A stretch of 63,863 bases of DNA, filler included, from Craspedostauros australis (lineage: Eukaryota): assembly GCA_030167865.1 (NCBI GenBank). It is 13 parts of 13 records of this genome, joined end to end, with 100 filler letters (N's around TTAATTAATTAA, not from the genome) between each part and the next. Parts side by side here need not be neighbours in the genome. Positions count along the whole stretch, not along the records: positions 42,494 to 54,725 come from JALAGF010003605.1; positions 54,826 to 56,936 come from JALAGF010003609.1; positions 57,037 to 61,182 come from JALAGF010003611.1; 10 more parts are not named here. One strand, 5' to 3'. The position numbers and the translations under genes are program-made. The notes below the pieces were generated by a model. That model worked only from the letters and a program-made list of their open reading frames with translations. It did no database searches and was not told where the DNA came from. Position 1 is the stretch's first letter. Each line of letters begins with the position of its first letter. Below are positions 49,001-61,282 of the stretch, piece after piece.

Positions 49001-51920
49001 CGTGCCCGTACTGTTCTCGTTCTTGTCGATTTGGATCACGATTTTGTGAATCCAGGAAGCATCGAGGTAGATGGCCCAGGTTTGTGGAAAGTCCTCGATG
49101 AATCCATAATCACGAAACAATTCTGCGTGTGGAGAAATGCCCAAGGTCGAGCAAGAGGAATGGAGCGAGCAAGTTTGAATTGTCCGATGTGGTTATCGAA
49201 GGCGATGGCGGTGACAAGCAACGTCGTGATGGCAACAGCATTGCCATCGTCCACGTTGAATTCGGTTGATTAAGGCGGAGTTTGAGTGCATCGACGGAAG
49301 GAGGCGGCGGTGAGATTGCTGCACCGATAACGAGCGAGACGTAGGTTCACCCAGCATAAAACGAATGTCTTGACGAGGAAAGCGAGCGAGAACGGAGCAT
49401 CCAACATAGAAGCATCGTGCCATGCTATGAGTCGTGGCATATTCGCATGGGATTGTGCCAGCCTACAATATCCTGACGGTGACTTACCAGGAGTTCCGTA
49501 GGAATCCCACCCCTGTAAATCCAGTGACGGAGAGTCGGAGTAGGAGACAAATAATTGTTCGCCAGCGCGAATAGGCCGCTTCGCAAAGATTTCGTAGCCA
49601 ACGCCATCAACGAGCTTCACCCCGACGTTGCGATGTGCAGCGTCATTGTGGTGGTTGTAGAAATCGTACAAAGGCACCAGGTTTTCGTTTTCTGCTCTGG
49701 TAAGCGCCATGAGAGCTGCGTGGTGTTCTGCGTCGGTGCTCCCACCTTGGCAATGAGTCCCCCATGCCCTTTCGAAGAAGTCCACGGCATGCCTTGGCGA
49801 GAATCGTGAGCCTATCTGCTTCCCTGCGAGAGCTTCTTGGAGAAGGTCCCGTGCTTCTTTGGACCAGGTGCTTGGAATGCTCGGTTTCTCCACAGTCTTG
49901 AGATAATTCACGTATGGAGCAAATGAGGATTGGTCTCCTAGCCTCATCTCATGGATGAGCTTCTGGACTGTTTCACAAGGCAGCACCCGCCCGCGGATCT
50001 CTTCGGCAGGGATATGGAGTCGATGGCTGGTTGCCGATATGACCTTTGACTCGGGGATGATGGCCAACGTCGCCCCACGGCTGATGTGTTCTGACGCGTA
50101 GACACCGAGACCAGATCCATGCGTGGTATTCTGCCTTATCTCCTGTTTTCGGTTGTAAAATCCGGTGTCGGAAGCGGTGACCCATTCCACTATGGCATTC
50201 ACCGCGTCGAGATCTGACACTTGCCGTGTGTCATTGGTATCTTGTGCTCGTCCACCTGCATGAGGGCCACCCCCGGCTGATGTGAGATCCATGTTCCTTA
50301 AACACCACGCTGATACATCCGACAGGCATCCATAATGTTGAATTGGGACCGCATCGACACCACCATTTTCAAGGGTTCCTTCGCTGCCTCGAATCTCCTT
50401 GTCGGTGTCATACAGCGCGTTTCCTACTGCAAGGATCATGGCATCGACGAAGCTAATGACAGTTTCCCACTCGCGCGCAGGCATGTTGGTATCGTGGCTC
50501 TTCGCTTTTGCCCAACTCTCCGGACCATCAGAGAGGTGGTCGATGCGGTACTGCACCAATCTTTCCAGCTGGTCCTTGAGCGCATTTCGAGCCTCGATGG
50601 TGGCCTTTCCTTCCATCCATTCGATACGAAAGGTTGATGCCTGTGCTTCACATCTACTGCCGTCAATTCCATCCGATTCTGGCCCCGTTTCATTGTCTTC
50701 TTCCGCTCTCGCAGGATCGCATGCGGCGGTATTATGAATGCGAAAATCAAAATGGTGAAGTTGTTCTGCTTGTACTGGGAAGTGCCAGTGTTGAGGATAG
50801 TCCTCGATGAAGCCAAAGTCTCGGAAAATATCTACTCGGCGGTTGTTATTGTTGTTTTGATACAGTGGATAGATGTGGCCGGAGAGAGTGGTTGTATAAT
50901 CGGAGTGAGGTGACGATGCGCAAGGCGAGAATGGCGAGAATGTCATAGCGGAACCAGCCGCAGTGCGATCAGTGAAGATTTGCAAGTGAACCTACCTGGC
51001 GTTCGGAAGTCCTCCGTGCAGACCGAACAGTCCGTGTAGGAAAGAAAGATCTCCTCTCCTGCGTTGATCACCCGGGTGGTGGTGACGTGATACATCGGAC
51101 CCACGAAGGCGGCCACGATTGCATTCACTTTGGCGCCCGTGGCATGATTGAATAGATCGATGACTGGAGGGAGCGCGAAGTCAGTGCCGTGAGCGACGCT
51201 CAACGCAACAGCATGGAATGCTTCCGTACTTTCCTCGCCCTCGCAACCTTCCAGCCACTCCGTCTCGATCCACTCAACGGCCTCCGTTGGATGCGTCAAG
51301 CCTGTGCTGGACATCATTTCCTGAAGCAACAGTTTGCCACCGTCGGTCCATGAACTCGGTATGCTCGGCGTTTCCAGATTCATGAGATAGTCTATGAATG
51401 GCTTCTTCTGCGAGCGTCCACGTTTCCTGTACTCTTTGAGAATTTGATGGATGATCGAGCAGGGCAACTCCGCATCCTCATTTTCGTAGTCTTGTCGCAT
51501 GTTCGCCGTGATCATCGTTTCGATGGGAACTATCGTCAAGTGCTTCCCCATTTCGATGCGCTCTTTGGCAAAGACGCCCAGCCCGATGTCGTCGCCAGCA
51601 TGAAAGCGCGTTGGAGTTGCCTGGCGAAACTCGAGGGATGGATGAATGTAGCCTCCCTTGTAACCTTTCACCCACTCGATGAGATTCGTGATGTCATCGA
51701 TCCTATCTTTGAGCTTCTTTTGGGCATCCACCGCTGCAGCAGTCTCATTGGCCATCTTCACACCCGGTGTGGCATGCGTTTGTGTACTCGTCGTGTCCAC
51801 TGCGCCGACCACGGACGATCGCGAGATCGTGATGACAGCACCGCATAGCAACCAAGTCCACAGCAGCGAGCATGATGATGGACATGCAGAGAACAACGGC
51901 CATGCTCTCCGCCGCTTCAT
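46049..51920 (-). CDS. Signal-peptide-bearing multidomain polyamine biosynthesis fusion: SET-SET-aminopropyltransferase (spermidine synthase-like)-two AdoMetDC-like domains; exons 51920-50996, 50831-49488, 49122-46049; 1780 aa
   Basis: Signal peptide; two Rubisco-LSMT-type SET domains (GLGVFA..PVIDLFNH..GEEIFLSY; GLGVYA..PLYDFYNH..GEQLFVSY); aminopropyltransferase (QLDNIMQ, YHE, VAFIGGGD, LELD, FGDA, FDLVMVD); AdoMetDC-like segments VMAEGYVVARPWAEEKYVALDI and GHIVAVWDGRDHITINLF. Both GT-AG introns (50995-50832, 49487-49123) keep the frame (5343 nt). Confidence 0.88.
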
Positions 51921-52551
51921 TGTTTCACACCGTCACACTGCGTTGCCTTGCGTCGCGATGCGTCGTATTGTTCTGCCAGGTTCAATGCCCTTCTCCTTGT
52001 TCACCTGCGCCAGCGCCTGGTTCTGCCACGATCTGTGCGTCCTTCGTAGATGTGGGTGTATGGTATGGTATAGTGTGTTTGGTGTGTATGGTACATAGTA
52101 TGGTCGCAAACACATTGCTGTCTCGGGTGGAAGATGGATGAGGAATGAAAAACAAGGATCAGCACCCATTAGAGAGGTCTCGCATTGTTTGGATTTCCAT
52201 CGAGAGGCCCCCACGGCCATGTCACATGCGACATGGACGCTCGAGTGGCGGAAACTGCACAGGACTGTTGCGTGACAGAATACTGCTTGGATTACGTGGA
52301 GTCAATAACCGTTCGCGCCATCTCTAGGGTATCTAATTTAGACATGTTCGCTTCGACTTCTCCCAAAGAGCGTCACATTTTGGCCATGGGTGTGACAACA
52401 CATCATCGGTTCCTTTTTTGATGTTGCATGATGCGTTCTCTCCATGCTACATGTCATGCTATACTCGTTGCTCCTTCAATTCGTCTGTGTTCATCACACC
52501 TTCGCAAAAACAGCTCCTCTACACGTTCGATCACTACTTACCATCGTTGTC

Positions 52552-53766
52552 ATGGTCAATCGTAATTGGAGTACTGTTCCCGAGCGGCAGGCATTGCAAG
52601 AAGTCATCGCTCGATTTGATGCTGCCATTGCTCAACTTGCAGACATCGACTTCCAACGTCTGGATCATGCAGGCGTCGTGATTCTGGTTGAGCACTATAG
52701 CAACATCGTCGCATTGGGCCGTCATGTGCTACAGATGCAGCAACTCTACCTCACTCCATTGGGACTTCCTCCCATGTTCACCAACAGGAATATTGCCATC
52801 GCGGAACTGGACGACCGTGAAAGTGTTCGTCACTTTCGTTTCCGTGCGTGTGATCTTCAATGTCTGGCTGACCGTCTCTGGCCCAAATTCCAGGCTGTGT
52901 CTGGTGAGGCAGATCCTGCATGCATTCAAGTGAAGAATCGATACACGGTATCATACGAAATGGGATTGCTCGTCATGTTGTTCCGTCTGGCACATCGCGG
53001 ACGGCTGCGTGACATGGAACAGAGATTCAGCATGGACAACGGCCGCATTTCCAGTATTGCCTCCACTTTCTACTCCTACTTCTATGCCATTGGCAAGCCG
53101 TACCTGAGCGACATCGGTTTGTTTCATACTCGATTCCCTGACTATGCGGAGAACAATCACCGTCTCACCCGCGGCTTGGTGGATGATGTGATCGCTTATG
53201 TTGACGGCACGTTCTGGGAAACCTGTCGTCCCACGGAGAATCAAGAGGACCTCTACTCTGGCTATAAACGCGGTCATGGGCTGCACTATCAAGGCATCGT
53301 TGCACCAGATGGGTTGATGATCCACTACTTTGGGCCAATTGCGGGTGCTCGCGGTGACGGGTACATGTTCCAGCAAAGCAAAATCGAACAGCGACTGGAG
53401 ACTCTCATGCCATTGGATGAGAACAATCCTCCATATCGTCTCTATGGTGATCCAGCATATCCTACTACACCATACATATTCGCTGCATACAAACACACTG
53501 TTCCAGGGTCCTCCGAGGCGCAGTGCAACAAGGACATGGCGTCGGGACGCATCTGTGTTGAGTGGGCATTCAAGGAGATCACGAAGAATGTTCCCCTCGT
53601 CAGCGTTCGCAACGCCAACAAAACACTGCTCAATCCTCTCACACACATTCATTTTGTTGCTGCGTTCCTCGCCAACATCCATTGTACCATGAATGGCAAT
53701 CAGCAGTCTGCACGGTACCAATCGCACAAGCTGACATTCGAAGAATACATCGGCCTCATCCCATGA
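52552..53766 (+). CDS. PIF/Harbinger (DDE_Tnp_4) transposase
   Basis: YVDGT, YSGYKRGHGL.YQGIV.PDG, GPIAGARGD, LYGDPAYP, RICVEWAF (DDE triad intact); HTH region LVMLFRLAH. Start 52552 or further upstream in frame. Confidence 0.92.
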   Translation: MVNRNWSTVPERQALQEVIARFDAAIAQLADIDFQRLDHAGVVILVEHYSNIVALGRHVLQMQQLYLTPLGLPPMFTNRNIAIAELDDRESVRHFRFRACDLQCLADRLWPKFQAVSGEADPACIQVKNRYTVSYEMGLLVMLFRLAHRGRLRDMEQRFSMDNGRISSIASTFYSYFYAIGKPYLSDIGLFHTRFPDYAENNHRLTRGLVDDVIAYVDGTFWETCRPTENQEDLYSGYKRGHGLHYQGIVAPDGLMIHYFGPIAGARGDGYMFQQSKIEQRLETLMPLDENNPPYRLYGDPAYPTTPYIFAAYKHTVPGSSEAQCNKDMASGRICVEWAFKEITKNVPLVSVRNANKTLLNPLTHIHFVAAFLANIHCTMNGNQQSARYQSHKLTFEEYIGLIP

Positions 53767-54199
53767 TCAAACAGTTAGAATTAATGAGGTGCATACACAT
53801 GTAGTACGTATTGGACTAATCATTATGTTGCACTCGTGGCGCGTGAGAGCTTGTGTTGTGTGTGCTGTGCTGCGTACGATTGGCGAATGCTGGGAATGCT
53901 TTTTCTGATGGAATGCATGTGGGCGCGGAAGGAAGCATGCGGCTGTGCGCACAAGGGATTCAGCGCGTCGGCTTCTCTACTTGGCGTTGATTGGTATGCC
54001 ATGGTGGAGTGTCTCTTGCGCGGAGAGAGGAATGAATGGATGGAATGAATGGATGGATGCCCGCATTGAAGGATGGATCGTCGAATTGGATCGACGAATG
54101 TCATGGCGAATGGGTTGGTTGATGTGTTGCGAAATGTGAGGGGTTGCGGGAAAGAAGGCATGGAATGTGAAAATGCAGAGAGGAAAGGATGGGTGAGTA

Positions 54200-54725
54200 T
54201 CATTTTCCCGCACCATCGTCGTCATTGCGGCTGCTGCCGTTCTCTTCGTCGTTGTCGTCGTCGTCGTCGTTATTGTTGTTGTTGTTGTTGCTGTTGCTGT
54301 TGGTGGTGGTGGTGGTGGTGGTGGTGGTGCGTTGAGCTCCAGATAGGGCGAAGACGAGAGACCTGACGTCAGACGAGAGCTTCATTTGGCACTCGCGCAA
54401 CTCCGAGGTCTCTTGCTGCGTCCGCTTTCTATCCTCCTCCAGATGGCGGTTCATGTTGAGCATCATTTGCTGCTGATTCAACACAAGCTGGAGGAGGTTG
54501 TTGTTGTTGTTGTTGTTGTTGGTGTTGCCATCAGTGGAAGCTGCTGCTCCCACAGTTGGAAGGGTCGGAGAAGCGGCGAGCGATGCAGCAATCGGAGAAT
54601 CTTCTCTGCGTTTTGCATGGCTTGGAGGCGTGGCTGTGGCAAGCCATGCTTGAAACTGACGTTGGGTTTCGTCCAGCTTCTCCAGGAGACTGGCTGTGTG
54701 CTGAATCTGCTGCTGGGCGGTTGGG
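54200..54725 (-). CDS. C-terminal part of a low-complexity coiled-coil protein convergent with the transposase; probable Harbinger ORF2
   Basis: Frame is open from the contig end (PTAQQQIQH...LLQLVLNQQQMMLNM..EEDRKR) to the stop at 54200; N/T/D homopolymers. Confidence 0.45.
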
Positions 54726-54825
54726 NNNNNNNNNNNNNNNNNNNNNNNNNNNNNNNNNNNNNNNNNNNNTTAATTAATTAANNNNNNNNNNNNNNNNNNN
54801 NNNNNNNNNNNNNNNNNNNNNNNNN

Positions 54826-54890
54826 CACAAAGTCAAGAACCACAAAGTCAAGAACCACAAAGTCCAGAACCACAAAGTCCAGAACCACAA
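54826..54890 (+). repeat. 15-bp minisatellite (CACAAAGTCMAGAAC)x4
   Basis: Direct tandem units at contig start. Confidence 0.85.
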
Positions 54891-54977
54891 AACAGAGAGA
54901 ATCTCATCCCCCACATTCTCACTCGCCCACAACCAGCAGCGGCAGCAGCAGCAACAACAACAACAACACTAGCCACC

Positions 54978-56936
54978 ATGATCTCAGCACGCGCAGGTAT
55001 GTATGTGTGTCTTTGCGTTTGCTACTGTCTGTTGGAATGGCAACAAGCATCTGTGTGATGAACGCTCCTCATTTTGAACAACGCAACGATCGAACAATCA
55101 ATCCAGGAAGATGAACAACTGATAAGCAAGCCCTTCTCACACTTTCCATCCCTTTCGCATCAACGATCAAACAAACAAACAATCAAACCAACCAACCAAC
55201 CAACTGATGACAACGACGATGGCGCAGACCAACGCAAGGCTATCAAGGTAGCAAGAGCTAACCTGGCGGAAAGTCGCCGTCGACGGGAAACAAGAACCAT
55301 GCTGCGCAAGCAGAAGAAGGAGGACAAGATGAGCAAGCGCCGCACACGCACCCCAGCCGCGTCCGCATCGCAACCCGCAACCATGGAATCGACCGGCGCA
55401 GTTGCGACGACACCAACTGTCGCTGGCTTGCCACAGATCATGACATCTCTCCGCAATCCAGGCTGCACGGAACAAAACAGAATCCAGTGCGTCAAAAATA
55501 TCTGTCGAATGCTATCGGTGGAGCACAACCCGCCAGTGCATCAGGTGGTGGAGTCTGGAGCCATGAAGCTCCTCGTGCAGTACATGAGCGACGACGAAGC
55601 ACCGGCTGATCTCGTGTTCGAAACCGCGTGGGCGTTGGCGGACATCACGTAAGTAGGGATATTATTGACGACGGCGCAATGTGCGAGCATGATGGCTCGA
55701 AGCAGAATGGACGTGCACCTCCATTCTCATTTCGCATGCTCGGATGCACGCGATGGATGTTCAATGAACGACGATCCGACCACGCGCTCATGATGGAGAG
55801 TGGATATTGATGTCTCTCTCCATTTGTCCTGACTCTTATGACATTTCGCAATCAATCTCACTTCATCTTCTCTTTTCCCGCGATGGCAACGATGATACTC
55901 GCAACCGCTGCAACAATCACCACCGCATACAAAATGCAACGACGATATCGATGACGATGACGATGACGATGACGATCACGATCACGATGATCTCCACCCT
56001 GCAGTTCCACTGACCTTACCAACAGCGTCGTGGAGAACGGCGTTGTCTCATCCCTCATCAAGCACATGCGCAATGACAACGCCGACATCCGCGAACAGTG
56101 CTATCGGGCGCTCGGCAACATTGCTGGCAACAACCCAGCCGACAGAGACTCCCTCCTGCGGCAGCAAGTCCTCGCGCCGATGATCCTCGACATCGAGCAG
56201 ACACAGAACTTGTCGTTCTTGGCCAACGTGACTGAGGCCATCTCCAAGCTCTGCAGTGGAAAGCCAGAACCAAGCCTGGAGATCATTCAAGAAGTCATCA
56301 AGCCATTGACATGCCTGCTTGTTGACTTGGAATGCAAGAAGGACGTGAAGGTGCACGCCGTCTGGGGCCTGTCGTGCATCAGCGGCGGCGAAGACGGAAG
56401 CATCCAGAAGGTGATGGAAAGCGACAGCGACATCACGCCAACACTCGTGGGACTGTTGGAGCATACGTCGTCGGAAATCGTCGCATCAACTGTCCAATGC
56501 TTGGGTAACTTCGTCACAGGCAACGACATGCAGACGCAAACGGTGCTGAATGCGGGAGTTCTGAAGCATGCCAAGATGCTGCTGGAACGCCCACAGGTAA
56601 GTGTCCAACAATGCTCTCGCTGAACTGAAATGGCAACGATTGCCTGACGGTGACAATATGACGGCGGGCGGATTAGTGCAATGAATTGCCTGTCGTCTTT
56701 GCCTTTTGGTGTCGTCCTTGTTGTCGTTTTGGCTGTCGCTGTGTCAATGATCTTCAAACCAACCACAATTTACTCGTGCTCACACTCACACAAATGGTCA
56801 CACTCACAATCACACCGCTCGTCACATCATCACACACGCACCATGCCGCACACCATTCGACATCACACAGGAATTCATCAAACAGCAGACCTGCTGGTTG
56901 CTGTCCAACATCGCCGCTGGAACGCACGATCAGATC
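54978..56936 (+). CDS. Importin-alpha-like protein, 3'-truncated; exons 54978-54996, 55228-55648, 56005-56596, 56871->56936
   Basis: IBB domain SRRRRE..LRKQKKEDKMSKRR; LSVEHNPPV..VVESG; ARM repeats ETAWAL, ALGNIAG, GNFVTGND.QTQ.VL, CWLLSNIAAG. All three GT-AG introns keep the frame. Confidence 0.88.
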
Positions 56937-57036
56937 NNNNNNNNNNNNNNNNNNNNNNNNNNNNNNNNNNNNNNNNNNNNTTAATTAATTAANNNNNNNN
57001 NNNNNNNNNNNNNNNNNNNNNNNNNNNNNNNNNNNN

Positions 57037-58899
57037 TTTCTTCTCCACAAGAACCATTGGCATTGGCTTTGGGCAGGCCTGCAGAAAGTGCCCACGTTGG
57101 CCACAGCCTGGACAGATACGCACACCAGTCTTCGCACTTGACGATCGTGCACCGTTGTTGGTCTTCCGACGCTTCCGTCCGGGCTTCCCCACGATTCGCA
57201 TTGGTGCCAACTCTTCCTCCACAAGATCATTTCTCATCACCCTGGCCCTTTTGATGTCGATGCTTTTCTTGCCATGCTGTTCCATCCACGTAGTAGTGTG
57301 CCATGCCTTGTCGTACCAGCCAATGTTGAGGACGTCAAAGACGCCAGGTTGGACATTGTTGAGGAGCATGGGAGCCTTGCGGAGTACTGCAGCAACGTGC
57401 CTGCAGGGTCTTTTGTACTCCCATGGGGCATTGCAGGTGCAGGTCATGGCGAAGTCCGAAGTTACCGTGACAGTCTCGGAAACGGCTGGATTCTTCGCGA
57501 GCATGACACTTGCGTTGATTGCGGAGCCGTGCACAGTATTCACTTCCACGTTCAGTTTCCCACAGTTCTCCACACAAGAAGTCATGTCTTGAAGGCAGCG
57601 AGGTGTCAAGACATTTCCAGATTCGAAGCACTCCGTGGCCTTTGTCGCTTTGCCAATGCGCTTGTCCGCCATATACTTAAGGGTTGCTGCCACCAGGTTG
57701 CAGATTGGCAGGCTTCTGATCTCTCCGATGGCTGCGTTAGCTTGCTCGCATGAATTGGAGGTGACAACGCCCAAGCGGTGTTGGTTAGGTTCACGAAGCA
57801 GCAGGTGGGTGAGACACTTTGTGCGCCGATGACAAAACCACTCGTGAAGCTTCGGATTCTGTTGTTGCACCTTGCTGAGGTAGAAATCTGCCAAGTTCTT
57901 GCTGCAGGCATACACGGCTTTCTGGAGGAGGCTTTTCTGCTCTGGAGTCATCTTCAGTTGCTTGTTCGCGACGGCGTTCTTTTGGAGGATGTGATACATG
58001 CAACGTGTGTGAGGAACGCCCCATTCGCTCAATGATGTCTGGACATCCGCGCTCTCGAGCCCTTTTGCGCCATCGCTCATCAGCATCCGCACAGTCGGAA
58101 AGCTTTCCTTCACTTGCGAAAGGAACCAATCCCAGTTGTCGGCTGATTCCACTGGCATGATGCCGAACGCAAGGATGACCAGCTGACGATTGGCATCATA
58201 CGTGGTGAGGAAGCACAAGTAGCCTTTTGCTGCAGAGCGAAGGTGAGCTGCATCCACACACACCATCCCATCAAAATGATGGAACGTCTTAATGCTCCCA
58301 CCAGGAGCGCAAAAGATTCGGCGCAATTGATGCCAAACAGCAACCTTGGAATCATCTTGTGCCAGAATTGTCTCTACCTTGTATACTCCTTCGGCATCAT
58401 TGACGGCCAGTGCAGCCATGTAAGACTTGATTAGACGGCACTGGGCAAGGTGTTTCTCGATGGTAATCCCCTTCTCTTTGATGATGTTGTAGAGCTGTCC
58501 CTTTTTCAGGGTGACGGACAATTCCTCCTGCAGCATGTCCCCCAATTGCTTGCAGGCACCTGCCGCCGGTACCTGGTAGTTGCCAATGATGTTGGTGATC
58601 TCACAAAGGACTGCTGTCTTATATGCCCTCTGACGCGTGCAAGGGCCCAGACAGTTGTGACCAACAAATTCGGTGATCTTGATTGCTGTCCCAGCAAGAC
58701 GCGCACGGCATTGGAAGGGGCAGTCCTTACTGACAGAGCACACCAACTTCATGGACGTACCAGACCTATCGAGGACAACGTAGCCAGCACCAACCGACCA
58801 GCAATGACACAAGACAGCTGCAGCTACATGTGTGAAGCCCACTCCTTCTTTGGTTGCTCTCTTGGCAAGGGTGATGAATGATTTTCCGTTGCTAGACAT
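57037..58899 (-). CDS. Mutator-like (MULE) transposase with SWIM finger and C-terminal zinc knuckle, 3' end cut by the gap
   Basis: VCVDAAHL, DANRQLVILAFG..ESADNWDWFL, LMSDGAKGL, RCMYHI, TSNSCEQAN; SWIM CTC..PCRH; CPGCGQRGH...C. Confidence 0.92.
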
Positions 58900-59749
58900 G
58901 ATGAGAGTTGTTTGTATGATGTATGTTGATGGATGTGATGGCTTCTACTCTGTGTTTTATGACATGTGAGTTACAAACAGAGGTTGTCACTCCTTGGGAA
59001 GCATCACACCATTCCTATTCGATGCTGTGTACATCCATCGTACATCTGTTGCTCCGAATGGACACTGCATACCAGCGGACAAGTTATTCGCATCCGACTG
59101 CAGAGCTCGGAGACTTTTTGTACTTGCGTGGATCGACTGCATTGCGTACCACAGCCTCATCATGTTTGTCGTGCACGTCATTGCAAGCGAACAACTAGTC
59201 CACCAGCATGTACAGCATCCAATGAGAGATCCAATGCTGATAGACTCATGTGAATGCACGTCATCCATCCGAGCCTCCCGATGTTCACGCACTGGTGAGT
59301 TCGAACTCGCGCAACATCGAATCACAGTTGAATGTCACCAACCATTACCTCCTATCATGATTCCCTTTGGTTCTATTGCTGTTGCTGAGTCTAGTTGTTT
59401 GGGATATGAGTGCAAGATCAGACCAAACATAGCGCATCGAACACAGTGCTGGCTTGTGGTGATCTTGCTCCATCCGCAAGGGGTCCCGGAATACAATTTG
59501 TCGGTCCCTGTGTGTCGCGACTTGCCATGACATTTGAACGATCAAACATGCTCAATTCCAACAAGCGCAGTCCATCGAAGGTATTCCACTTGGTGTGTAA
59601 CTACCATGGGACGGTCCAGATCCAACTGCAAGGAGGGTCAGATTACATGTAGTCAGTCCATGTGCTGCCATTCGGTCACTGTGCGTAATGAGTTGGTCAT
59701 ATGTGCATACAAAACATCAAGCATACTTGATTGTAACAACTCCGCCACT

Positions 59750-61182
59750 CCAAACACACTCCAAAGGATCTGGTCACGAAGTATGAGGTCCTAGATCCGT
59801 CTGGAAGGTAGTCAAATCGATGGATCTAGATATCATGTAGTGTGGGTGACAGTACCACGAGCTACGCACGATACTGTGCAGTAGATTGCCCATATGTGCC
59901 TATAAATGTCAACCTCAATCAAATCCAACCTGGCGGGAACTTACAACACACCCCAAAGTGTCTGGTCACGAAGTATGAGGTCCTAGATCCATCTGGAAGG
60001 CATCCATATCTGGATGTGGAGATTTCGAGTGGTGCTGTGGGTGGTAGTACTACGAGCTACGCGCCATAGTGTACAGTAGATTGCCCATATGTGCATAGAA
60101 AATGTCAACCTCAATCAAATCCAACCTGGCGGGAACTTACAACACACCCCAAAGTACCCGGTCACGAAGTATGAGGTCTCCAATCCATCTGGAAGGCATC
60201 CATATCTGGATGTGGAGATTTTGTGTGGTGTTGTGGGTGGTCGTACTACGAGCTACGCACCATAGTGTACAGTAGATTGCCCATATGTGCATAGAAAATG
60301 TCAATCACAATCGAATCCAACCTGGCGGGAACTTACAACACACCCCAAAGTACCTGGTCACGAAGTATGAGGTCGTAGATCCGTCTGGAAGGCATCCATA
60401 TCTGGGAATCTAGATTTCGAGTGGTGCTGTGGGTGACAGTACCACGAGCTACGCACAATACTGTACAGTAGATTGCCCATATGTGCCTATAAATGTCAAC
60501 CTCAATCAAATCCAACCCGGCGGGCACGTACAACACACCCCAAAGTGTCTGACCACGAAGTATGAGGTCCTAGATCCGTCTGGAAGGCATCCATATCCGG
60601 GAATCTAGATTTCGAGTGGTGCTGTGGGTGGTAGTACGATGGCCTACGCACGATACTGTGCAGTAGATTGCCCATATGTGCCTATAAATGTCAACCTCAA
60701 TGAAATCCAACCTGGCGGGCACGTACAACACACTCCAAAGTACCTGGTCACGAAGTATGAGGTCGTTGATCCGTCTGGAAGGTAGTCAAATCGATGGATC
60801 TAGATATCATGTAGTGTGGGTGGTAGTACCACGAGCTACGCACGATACTGTGCAGTAGATTGCCCATATGTGCCTATAAATGTCAACCTCAATCAAATCC
60901 AACCTGGCGGGAACTTACAACACACCCCAAAGTACCCGGTCACGAAGTATGAGGTCTCCAATCCATCTGGAAGGCATCCATATCTGGATGTGGAGATTTT
61001 GTGTGGTGTTGTGGGTGGTCGTACTANGAGCTACGCACCATAGTGTACAGTAGATTGCCCATATGTGCATAGAAAATGTCAATCACAATCGAATCCAACC
61101 TGGCGGGAACTTACAACACACCCCAAAGTACCTGGTCACGAAGTATGAGGTCGTAGATCCGTCTGGAAGGCATCCATATCTG
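59750..61182 (+). repeat. Tandem array of a 192-196-bp unit, at least 7.3 copies, running into the gap
   Basis: Anchor GGTCACGAAGTATGAGG at 59772, 59964, 60160, 60356, 60551 (variant), 60746, 60938, 61134. Confidence 0.95.
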
Positions 61183-61282
61183 NNNNNNNNNNNNNNNNNN
61201 NNNNNNNNNNNNNNNNNNNNNNNNNNTTAATTAATTAANNNNNNNNNNNNNNNNNNNNNNNNNNNNNNNNNNNNNNNNNNNN

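Noticed and set aside
59750..61182. Possible CRISPR array
   Set aside because: Entire 195-bp units are repeated with no unique spacers, no cas genes are present, and the context is eukaryotic.
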